DNA from: Perna viridis
Lineage: Eukaryota
NCBI GenBank assembly: GCA_037379345.1
Contig: CM074514.1
Coordinates: forward strand, 1,922,001 to 1,986,000
Direction: 5' to 3'
Length of the DNA: 64,000 bases
Position numbers and translations under genes: made by a program. The notes beneath the pieces are model-generated. The model saw nothing but the letters and a program-made list of their open reading frames with translations. It was not told where the DNA came from and searched no databases. This document shows, piece by piece, positions 48,518 to 59,700 of the stretch; position 1 is the first letter of the stretch; every line of letters begins with the position of its first letter.

Positions 48518-51500
48518 ATGAATTTGTGTTTATTACTATCTACTTCTGCGAATTTGATTTTTTTTATATTTTGTCTCACATTTAGGAAATTGGTGTAACA
48601 TTACATTAATGGCATTATCTCAATATTATAAAGATATCACAATAAGTTATGAATTTACAGAAAGTAGAGAAAAAGTCACAAGAATGTATACATATTGGCA
48701 CTGCATGATGCTGTGAATTCTGATGTTTTGAATAATTAACCTAATATAAAATATTCAAATGTTTAAGCTCAATGAGATAAACAAATATCCAACAGTATTA
48801 TAGGTCACATGATGAATTAATTAATTGAATGTTTTTATGTTTCCTGATGTGTTCTTTGTTTTTTTTATATTTCAGCCAGTAATATTGTACTTAAATATAT
48901 AACTTATTTATTTATTAATACTAGGGCACTTTCATTATTGTAGAAGTAGGTGTACTTTGTGTATTAATCAAAATATATACCCGGTATTTATTTTAAGATC
49001 TGACTCTTGTAAGTTTGCTATATATTTATTTTAAATTGCTATTGTTGAGTATATGTACACTGAATTTTATGATTTATTACACATTTTTAAGTTTTGTACA
49101 TCTTTATCAAACATTAAAACTATCACATAACTAATTATGTTTTAAATAGGTCAAGTTTTATAGTCTTCACTTGAGCATGTTTTTCCTAACATAGACACAA
49201 TCAGTAGGTTTGTTTCCTGTATACTGGTTTATCTCAGTCCAATATGTTGACAAATATGTTCCTTTGCAAGGGTTCTATTGGATTCAGATGAAATAATACC
49301 AAATGTGTTCAGAAAAGTTTAAAAATCTAACCATTACTGGCTAATGTTAAGAGTTATGTCCCTTGGAACTTTAAATTTCTATAAACTTTGTTTTACAAGT
49401 ACTCTCATGTCAACAAAGTTTGGTGAAATTAACTCAATGGTTTCTACAATGAAACTCTGTAACAAGTTTGAAAATCATTAATGAAAGGTTTCTACCATAT
49501 TAAACAATGACTATTGTGAATTACATCCCTTTGTTTAGTATGTGCTCACACATATTCATTTCTTAACTGATTTCATTTAAATATCAAATGTTACAAATAT
49601 GATATTAACTGCTGGAACAACTTAAAACATTTTAATGGTATTAACAGGTATGGCTTTTTTTTTACTAAAAATTGGAGTCATGTTATTTTATTTCCTTTTT
49701 ATCTTGTTGACCAGTTTATTTCCTTTGTTGTATTTTTTTGTATCCACAAACATGACATGAGCAGTTCAGTGGTTGTTTCTGGAGATGCTTAGATATTGAC
49801 TAACCTTGCCAATGCTTCCAGTTTTATGATGAATTAACTAACAAACCATGACGAAATTAAGCAAATGAGAAAGAAGTACATAATATGTCATTTAATCAAT
49901 TTCATATTCTTATACTGGCTGTAGGATCTCAATATTAATACAGAAACAAAGCCTAAAATGTTGATAAAGAACTTTCATTAAAAATAAAATGCTTCGCAGA
50001 ACCTTGAACTAGATATATTTTGATTGCGATGAAATATTTGACACAGGAAAATAATTTTACCAGAATCAGAGTGGCTCCTTTTTTGGCCCCTAGTTCCTCA
50101 TTAAGCACCAAAAAGCTCCAAAATCTATCCTAGCCTTCCATTAAAGGTATGACACATTACGGTATAATATAAAAGAGATCCATTCTCATTTAATCAAGTT
50201 ATTGCCAGGACATCATGATAATTCCTGAACAGATCATGTCACAACCCCCAAGATCATTCAAAGACTTCCTTTGGTGGTATGGCACCTTGTGGTACAATAT
50301 CAAAGATCCATTCACTTTAATCAAGTTATTGTCCGGAAATCTGGAAAATGCTTGTTGTTGGCCCTTAATTTCTAAATGGTTCAAGTCACAACCCCTAAAA
50401 ACAATGACAGCCTTCTTTTTGTGGTACGTCACCTTGTTGTAGAATTTCATAGATTCAAACACTTATACCAGTACTTAAATAATTGTACAGACATGAAATA
50501 ACAATGACAATGGCATGATATTATTATATGACAACAAATCTAAATGTAAATGTACAGCTAAATCTTCCATGTTCATTTAAAGAAGTTTTTAACTGCAGTG
50601 CTAACACTACTCTTTTATCAAGTTTATAGATAAACAAATACTAAAAATATAGCCGACGCAATTCAATTTTGATTATCACATCAATAATGTAATTCATCCC
50701 AAGGGAATTCACATAAGGGTTGCTGACACACATTTTTAACTGAACTGATAATCAACATGCAAATCATTTCCAAATGATTTCAAAAAGAGAGGTCATTGCA
50801 TGTAACTTATTATAAAGTTGGGAAACATCATTTAAATGTATCACAATTGATCTGTCAGAAAATACACCACAGATAGGTGATACTTCTTATACATGGTTTC
50901 TACAACAGAATGATTTGAAAAACACAAAATACTTTGGATAACAGAAAATTAGATTTCCATGTTTTACAAAATTTACAGCTTTGATTAATAAAAACACAGG
51001 TGTAAGAATTTAAAGTTTTATTTTATATATCTTTAAATGTTTATGATCTAACAGATCAAATGACTAGTAACCTAAATATTACAGGAAAAATTGTCATACA
51101 TCTCACATGTGTGAAAAGAAGTACATGTAAAATCATTTAAAATTTAAATCATGCTAACTATTTCAGTCTTGTTTAAATTCCCTGAGTGTAATGTACATAC
51201 AGATTGATTCTAATGAATCACAACACAACTTGAGGCTCCCTGAAACCAGACAATGCAATGAATATTTCTAACATTACCAGTAACATAAACCATGCCACAA
51301 CCATCATTGTTTGATCTGACCCCATGGACATATATCTTACAAAGTTATTAACATCCATCTTGAAAAAGATATAAAAAATATATATTAAGTTGCACACCTT
51401 GTTATGTTAGGGATGCCCATCTCGTACATTAAGTTGATAATAGACAGCAACCAAAATTGCTTACAATGTATGTCCCATCTATATAAAGCAACACACCAAA

Positions 51501-52153
51501 TTTGAAACCAGTCCATTCTTTAAGAGCCAAGAAGATTGCAATGACATTTGGAGGGACTGATAGACAAGGTGATTCCAATATACCACCCACATGCTGAGTA
51601 GGGGGAATATAAAAGAAAAAGATATTGTAAAAAGAGCCTTACTGAGCAAAAAATATACTATTGAGCAACAATAAGTTGTCATGATATTTTTATAGTACAT
51701 AGAAATTAAGTTTGGTAAAGAGTTAAATGTAACGATGCACTCACTAAAGGACCCAGTTCAATTAATTTTACAAGAGTCATTTAGTACTAGTAGTGATCTT
51801 GAAAAATGAAAAACATGAAAAATTGCAGCATATGTTTTTCATATTTTGAAAACACCAGAAAAACAAATGATTGTCATATGATTGTCATAAGTTTTAGACC
51901 ACCATGAAAAACATATAAACCGCATGTTTCTGACTGAAGAATTTATCATTATGTAAGAAATACAATTTGATAATTCTACATAAAGGTACAGAGTTTAAAA
52001 TATCTGTAAATAAAAAATTCTTTCTATGACAGATTAGAAAAACGTAAACTGACAAAACTACCATGCTTCATCTTAGTGCACTTTCATATGATAAATATAT
52101 CTTATATATTCATTTGTAAATAAAACCTTTAATATCACTACAAAACACTGTCA

Positions 52154-54944
52154 TTAGAGTCTTTTCTTCATGTCATCTATTATTTCTTTCCATTTGCCAT
52201 CTGTCCAGTTCTCCAAGCGAAGTTTACCGTTCAGCTTCATATTTTTATTAGAATGGGATGTGAATACAACATGTTCCCAAGAAGGATTCCCAATTGCCCC
52301 TAAAATTGCAAAGAGAAACATTGTAGAAAAAGTTCCTTTGGAAAATGATTCAGCATATACAAGTTAATAATTCTACCTACCATAGACATCTACACACTGA
52401 TGCTAACATTACTGAATCCACACACATTGAAGATCAATTTACATTTATATAAGTTCTTATTTCCACTGTACTTTAATATTAAACCATTCCTTTATGACAT
52501 TACACATTTTCCACCTATATTTATATTTCCTAATTCTACAATGATCACAAGGATGTCATGAAATGATGGCTAGAAAGTAGTGCTATAATTCTAGTAAGTT
52601 CTTCAGAAAAAAACATAATAAAAGCCTATAGGTGTCAGAATTATATAATGTGGAATGTTCATTGTAAAAAAGTTCTTATCTTACTAAAAAGAATTATATT
52701 TCCCGATATACATGTACCTTATGTATGCTGCTCTTCAAGACTATTCTCCCAAATGCATGAATATTGAACCTTTTAATACAAACCTGTTATATCAACTTTA
52801 TCATCTATCAGAATATGACCTTGTACCATAGTCTTATCCCTGGTCAAAATCAATTTATTTATCCATGCTGGTCCTAAATGTTTCTCCACCCACTCAAACT
52901 GTAATAGGAAATAAAGGTTGTTAGCACTTATTAAATACCATTTGAGCACAACTATTCTTCATCTTACTTTGACCAAAACAGTTGAAGTATGAGTTTTCAT
53001 GACTTAAGTCTCATTAAGGAAATGATGTTAAACTTGTGGCAGGACAGCATACTGGTGTTGTAGTGATATTTCACCTATTCATCAACTTGGTTAAAGATTG
53101 ATAGATTGATAATGGTTTAACATCCTATGGCAGATATTTCATGCATTTCAGGATGAGAACTATTGACCAACTAACATACCCTGCTTTGTACAAGTCTGAC
53201 ATGCTGAGCTGGATTTTTGTTGTGCAGGCTATTGCTTCTGTGAGCTAGCACAATAAAAATCCAGCTCCGCGTTTCAGACAGGTAGGCATGCCACTCCACT
53301 CAGACACATATTCTGACTGAGAGCCAACCAGTCATAACTCTATTCCCTTAAATACCACAAGTTTGGTTGAGAAGCCGTGACTTCGAATTTTAAAGTCATT
53401 GGTGAAACTTGGTCTGGATCAAATCTACAACCTTCCACACTTTGAGGCTAGCATGCTACCCTGAGAACATGGAGGCAGTTACTTGGTTAAAGGATTAATT
53501 ATTTAACCAAACAGTTTGTAACTGGACTTGCACTAAGAAGTCTGCAATTTGATACTCAGTGAGGTAAGGTGTCTTTTTGTAAGGTGAATCATGTTCCCTA
53601 ATAACATTTAGCACCCAACTAAAATAAACATATGGTTTGGATATCCAGTGAGCTAGTTGTATTAAGAGTAGTTCGTGGTATGAAGACTCCTGATGTAGGG
53701 GAAGTGTGACAGGACAGGCTACATGCCTTATAGTAAGTAGTAAGATTAAATAGCCAGCTAATTTTGTAACTACTCTTTTACAAAGGTGTCTAGGGTAAGA
53801 TCCTTGGTGGCACAAGATGATAACAAATATTTTTTTTCTAAGAATTTAAACATGTCATGGAAAGTTCAAATTATATACATGGTTAAACACAGCAAGTATA
53901 ATATACTAAGCAATAACAGTTTCATGTTTTCCAAATTCTATTCTAAATTGTTTCTGAATATTCTTGAAATTTGCTTTAGTTATCATATTAAATTCCAGGA
54001 AAATCCTGAAGTATGAAAACTTGACAATGAAGTTCAGAATAAAATAATAGCAAATTCTATTTCAAATTTAAAAAGATCTACAACAAGTTTAAAATGAATT
54101 AAACATTACCTTTTCAGGGGCACTGTATTTGTAATAAAACAGAGGACTGGTGCATAAAAATACTTCAACCCTGCAATAGGAAAGAACTCTTTCAAAGTTA
54201 TGGTAGTAGATAACACATTATCTATTGATGAAGTCATTCACATTGTGGAATGAAAATTCAGCCACATACTGCCAAATTTTCTTCAAAATTTTCAATTAAC
54301 TTATACTGTACCTGGCTTGAAGTTTTCATTGAATAATACTACTAGAAAATGAAGAATCTATGATTTACAAACCCATCCATTTCTTCCATCTCTTTAACTG
54401 CCTCACAACCTCCTTCAATTTCTGGCAGGTCTCGGAAAAAATACTGGTCTCTGTAGATCTGTTTTATCTTATTCTAGAGAATATAATGAAGATTCTTTGT
54501 AATTTTAAAAGTAAGATATACTTACAGAAGTTAATACAAAATATAAATATAAAAAAAAATCAAAGACCAATATTCTATGGTCTGTCATTCATATTGAAAA
54601 ATCTTCAAAAATAGATGAGCAGGCAGAGTAAAAGGTGGATAAGTAACACTATTAATAACATGTTAAGAAGCTACAGTGAAATACTAAAAAATATGTTATT
54701 TTTTTTTTTATTTTCAATTCCTGTCACTTACTAGCATATTATCTTCAGTGAAGTTAAGCCTATCATACTGTTCAGATATATGAAAAGTTCTTCTTTTTTC
54801 AAGTGGAATAAATGGTTCATTTGGATACTTCTCCCTGTACAACCTAAGGAAATGTTTTTCAAATGCTGCAATTGTTTCATCTAAGTCCACCAATACTAAT
54901 AACTTCCTTTGAGCCAGACTTGAGATTCCTTTTCTAGTTGCCAT
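52154..54944 (-). CDS. NT5M: 5'(3')-deoxyribonucleotidase (HAD family, NT5M/NT5C), 5 exons, 211 aa
   Basis: Minus-strand exons 54944-54732, 54473-54373, 54170-54110, 52898-52784, 52299-52154 (TAA), 636 nt, all GT-AG. Translation VLVDLDETIAAFE...PFIPLEKRRTFHISEQY...FFRDLPEIEGGCEAVKEM...VFLCTSP...WVEKHLG...LILTRDKTMV.GHILIDDK.DITG...PSWEHVVFT aligns with human NT5M/NT5C. The symbol NT5M rests on synteny with COPS3. Confidence 0.93.
53097..53480 (-). mobile_element. Degenerate tRNA-head SINE in an NT5M-like intron
   Basis: Body (ccactccactcagacacata-ttctgactgagagccaaccagtc; gagctagcacaataaaaatccagct) resembles common bivalve SINEs as recalled. Decayed tRNA-like head near 53400-53480 and (ATCA)n-type tail near 53097. 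Confidence 0.6.
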
Positions 54945-55070
54945 TTTCCAGGTAATTCTTTAGTATTGATTCATCCATAAAACATTGAATCTCTCTGCAT
55001 TCTACAAGACATCATATCATGCATGTAGTACATTAAAGCAAAAGTTCAGGATACTTAGAGGAAAGGCAAA

Positions 55071-55645
55071 ATATGAACCAGCAGGTCACCAGATGTCACT
55101 AAAAACTTATATTGATCAAAGTGTACATGTAGCTATATGAACCAGCAGGTCATCAGATGTCACTAAAAACTTATATTGATCAAAGTGTACATGTAGCTAT
55201 ATGAACCAGCAGGTCATCAGATGTCACTAAAAACTTATATTGATCAAAGTGTACATGTAGCTATATGAACCAGCAGGTCATCAGATGTCACTAAAAACTT
55301 ATATTGATCAAAGTGTACATGTAGCTATATGAACCAGCAGGTCATCAGATGTCACTAAAAACTTATATTGATCAGTGTACATGTAGCTATATGAACCAGC
55401 AGGTCACCAGATGTCACTAAAAACTTATATTGATCAAAGTGTACATGTAGCTATATGAACCAGCAGGTCACCAGATGTCACTAAAAACTTATATTGATCA
55501 AAGTGTACATGTAGCTATATGAACCAGCAGGTCATCAGATGTCACTAAAAACTTATATTGATCAAAGTGTACATGTAGCTATATGAACCAGCAGGTCATC
55601 AGATGTCACTAAAAACTTATATTGATCAAAGTGTACATGTAGCAG
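55071..55645. repeat. 64-bp minisatellite, x9, upstream of the NT5M-like start exon
   Basis: Unit atatgaaccagcaggtcatcagatgtcactaaaaacttatattgatcaaagtgtacatgtagct; copies near identical. Confidence 0.97.
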
Positions 55646-56479
55646 GTCACCAGTTCATAAATGTCATACTTACCTTGAAAAATCTTTCTGTAAATCAATT
55701 TTATGTAAAGAAAAACAGTGTAAAACATCTTTAGTCTAACGAAAATTATCTTCATCAAAAGTGACCTTCATCTTTAACCTTATGGCCGTATAAACAATCC
55801 ATATCTTCCTATTGGGTCAAACTATTATTCATAGAAAATTCATAATAGAATGTTCCAATGAACACAGCTTGATATGACCACTGAAGGATCAAATGTAGAT
55901 CTATGCTACATGTACATTCATGATATTCAAGCTTTTGAATTTGATAGTGATTAGATTTCTGACACTAAATAAATGTAATCAAATTGCCATTTAATAATTA
56001 CTTTTACAGGTCAAATATTGAAAATCTAACCCATGATTAGATTTAGCAAAGCTTTGTATTTAACCTCGAGGCCTCACTGTAGACGTTCCAAGATTAAAAT
56101 GTACATACATTGTACTTGGTTAGATTAAACCGAGTTCTTCGGTCAGGTATCCCAAAGACTGGGCTCTGCCAACAACACCAGTTGGTTCAATTAACCCACT
56201 AACACTGACCGTGAGAGACCTGTATTGGTATTCAAGGCCGTTAAAACCCCCCAATCATCATCAACTACTGCCATTAAACCACTGCAACACCTGTATGTAT
56301 TGTACTGGGTGATAGCTTGCAATTGCCAGTTTACTAGCAACAGCCAACATTCCAACATTCAACAATGCTAAAACAAACATAAAAAATAAAAGTAAATAGA
56401 AATGTCTATGTATGAAGAGCAATTCACTAAAATGACAATTTTACAATAAGTTTGATACAAATACATCAATTATAAAGGA

Positions 56480-56755
56480 CTGAGCATACACGGCATAACA
56501 TTCACACTCCTTGCACAACTTGCATTATTTGTCCTAAATATTAACCTTGACTTCAGACACTTACGATTTACAAAAAAAAAATATTCGAACGAGTAATGTT
56601 TTGAATTACTTTAGTTTATTCAAACGTGATAAACTTAAACTGTGATAACATTGTACTTTTTTATCTGTAATTAACGCCAGTGTGCGAGTCAAGATGTATT
56701 TTCATATTGTTAATGACGCATGCGGCAACAATTTTTGGAGTAAAAAAATTTTGTC
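56480..56755. promoter_or_regulatory. Probable bidirectional promoter between NT5M-like (-) and COPS3 (+)
   Basis: Divergent genes. CpG is locally enriched relative to the CpG-poor gene bodies. TGACGCATGCGG at ~56714 resembles a CRE half-site plus an NRF1 core. Minus-strand GTAAGT donors at 56564 and 55673 suggest non-coding 5' exons of the NT5M-like gene reach close to the COPS3 start. Confidence 0.55.
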
Positions 56756-59700
56756 ATGGCATCAGTTTTAGAACAATACGTGAATACCGTACAAAATCTG
56801 TCGTCACAAGGTTTGTTTAGTCGATACTTGGAGTTAAATATGTAAAATCAAACAATACATCATTTAAAACTAATGGCAGAGGACCTCTGCTTCTTAACTT
56901 ATTCTTTTCTGCAAATTCTGTTTTGCAGCATTTGTGCTTTTTCTTTAATAAATCTGAATTTTTGTTGTTTAAGGTTCATCATGATCTTTCGACAAATTTT
57001 GCTCAATTTCACCACTAATTTCCGTCTCATTACAGACAAAAATGTATATCTAGACAAATTTTATGGCATAGTATCCCCTAGAGGCTAGATACATGTAATG
57101 ATGTATGAAAAATCTACATCGAGTTTATGTTAAATTGTATCAGAAACTGACCCACACAGCAACTAAGTTTTGTGCCTCAGGTGGTAGAATGGGGTCCCCC
57201 TGGCATGCTATACGCTTGGGTTATCAGGCCATAATATGGAAAAACTGCCCGCAAACCATTGTGATGCACTGTGTTGGGAAAGATGCCACGCATCTTGCAT
57301 TTTAAAGAACCCTGTTGTGGTATACAATAGGATTAGGAACCTTTGCACTCTGCCAGAGGAGGCTAAAATGTCCGACCCTACTCCCTCTCCCTATTTCCAG
57401 TGGCTATCAAAATTTGTTTACCCTATTATCCTTGTGTCCCATCCCATTTTTCAATTCATGTTCATCGCCTGGATATATCTGAAACATGGCTGCTTGGGTG
57501 TTAAACACCAACAATCAATCAACCAATCGATCAATCCTATTTGTTTTGTAAATCTGCAACATCCTTTAATTTTCTTCATTTATTACTGCACATTGAAATG
57601 GTTTTCAATGTATGATGATTTTAATTTTTTAGGAAACTTTTCCCAGTTGTGTGAGTTTATTGGCAAAAGTGCAGATGCACTGACGAAAAATGCAAGTCAT
57701 CTTGATAATGTACTAGCAACACTTGACATACAGCAGCACTCATTAGGAATTTTAGGAATATTGTAAGTTTAATTTATGTATTAGATATCAGAAGGTCTCC
57801 CATCTTTAACAGTATTACATGATTTATAAAACTACTCCTATGAAACTTTGTTTTAATTTTGTTAAATATTTGACAGTGTTGTCATTTTTGATGATTTGTT
57901 TGTTCAATTTTGATACTAAAACAGAAGTGTAAGAAGGACTGATATATTTTTTCTGTCTGTTTGAAATAACCTCAATGGGTTGCATTTATCAAAGTGTTTT
58001 ATTGAAAATCTAATTTTTATTGTTGACAGTTATTCATTACATTGCCCTTTTGAAAAAAATGTATATGAATAAAAGGTTAAATCTTTGTCAAATTGTGATT
58101 ATATTCAAACACCTGCATCTTTCTCTGTAAAGATTTATGACAGTGATTATTTGTAAGTTGTCACAGATATTTAGCATGCACCATGTAAATTTTATTGTAC
58201 AAATATTTTGCAGATGTGTGAAATACAGTTTAACAAATATACCAGATTTTGAGACATTATTTATACAGACCCAGGAATTTATAAATAGCTGTAATGGTGA
58301 ACATGTCAGATATGCTACTGATAGCTGTAAGTGTCTCTTCAGGTTAACTTTTTGCACTGTTTTATCTGTTCTTTTAATTAAGTTACTCAGAATTACCTTA
58401 GGATCCATGCATATCTTGTGTTGTTATTATTTAACTATAAACTTAAATGAAATTCCAGAGGAGTAACTTATAACCAGATTTTTTTATATTTTTTAGTTGC
58501 TGATTTATGTCATAGATTTACACAGAATTTGGTTGACAAGAAGCAGGTAATTGGAAGGAGTTTCCAAAGGTCATGTGATCTATTGCCTTCACTTGGCGTC
58601 CATCATCGTTGTATTCTTTGTTAACAATTTTTCAAAACCCTTCTTTAAAAAATACCAGACCAATTGGGGCCAAACTTAGTAAATGTTTCTTAGTGTATTG
58701 CCCATAGAACTGATGTGGGGATATTTGATCCATCAAAAAACATGACTGCCGTTACTAATAATAAAACATAGGGGTCAGACAGAAGTTTTTTGCATATAAC
58801 CTTTAGTTTTAGCCAAATTTTGATATGGTAAAAATATTCAGATTGATGAAATCTACCTGCAGTTAATTTTTTTTATATGTCAAGCCATGTTGCCCTTTTT
58901 CAACTTTATTTGCTCTTTTTTATGTTTTTTTCTTTCAAAAATCTTTTCCTCTGACATTATTTGACCAATTAGAATCAAACTTGGTATGAATATTCCTTAG
59001 GGTATTCTGCATAGAACTGATATGGGGATGTGTATCTGTTGAAAAACATGGCCACTGTTACTAAGAATAGAACAAATGGGTCAGTGAGAAGTTTTTCTCA
59101 TATATCTCCAAAACTGTAAGGTTTAGCCAAATTCTTTTAATTGCCGAATTTATCCTTATCTTAAGGCCTTCAAAAGTCTTCAAAAGTCAGAAATTATCCT
59201 TATGATAAGGAATGCATAAGTTTGCAGGCGATCAAAGTTGTCGGATGACTTCTTCTTAGAATAATTGCCCTTGAAAGGCAAATATGATGTTTTTAGCAAT
59301 TTTCAGCCAACATCTTGAAAACTATGATAGGTAGAAAGAAACTTGCAATTCACGAAATGATCCTTATGATAAGTCCTAAGTCTTTTTGAGTCAAAATTGT
59401 TGGACAACTCCTTGCCTTTGAAAGGCAAAAAATCAACCAGGTGAGTGATTCAGGCTACTATTTATTAAGATTGAAAAATGGTATTATTAAACAGTACAGT
59501 ATTATTTTGCAATGTATAATTATTTCTCAATGTATAATTATTTTACAATGTATAATTATTTTTCAAAACCACTCTGGGTTACATGCTGAAGTAATTAGTC
59601 CATGCAAGTGAATTTCTATCATTGTCTCTTTTATGTCATGTGTGACTTGTATTGAAAAAATAAATTGTAAGTAAAACAAAAAGAAAAATAAACTTTTTAC

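Noticed and set aside
46100-52100. Hidden gene between TMC-B and the NT5M-like gene
   Set aside because: Only short ORFs without recognisable motifs or a consistent exon chain; compatible with UTRs, a minisatellite and decayed repeats.
57236-57632. Long N-terminal part of ORF 57236-57766 as COPS3 coding sequence
   Set aside because: It is SINE-derived intron sequence. Homology starts at acceptor 57633, and the true first exon is 56756-56810.
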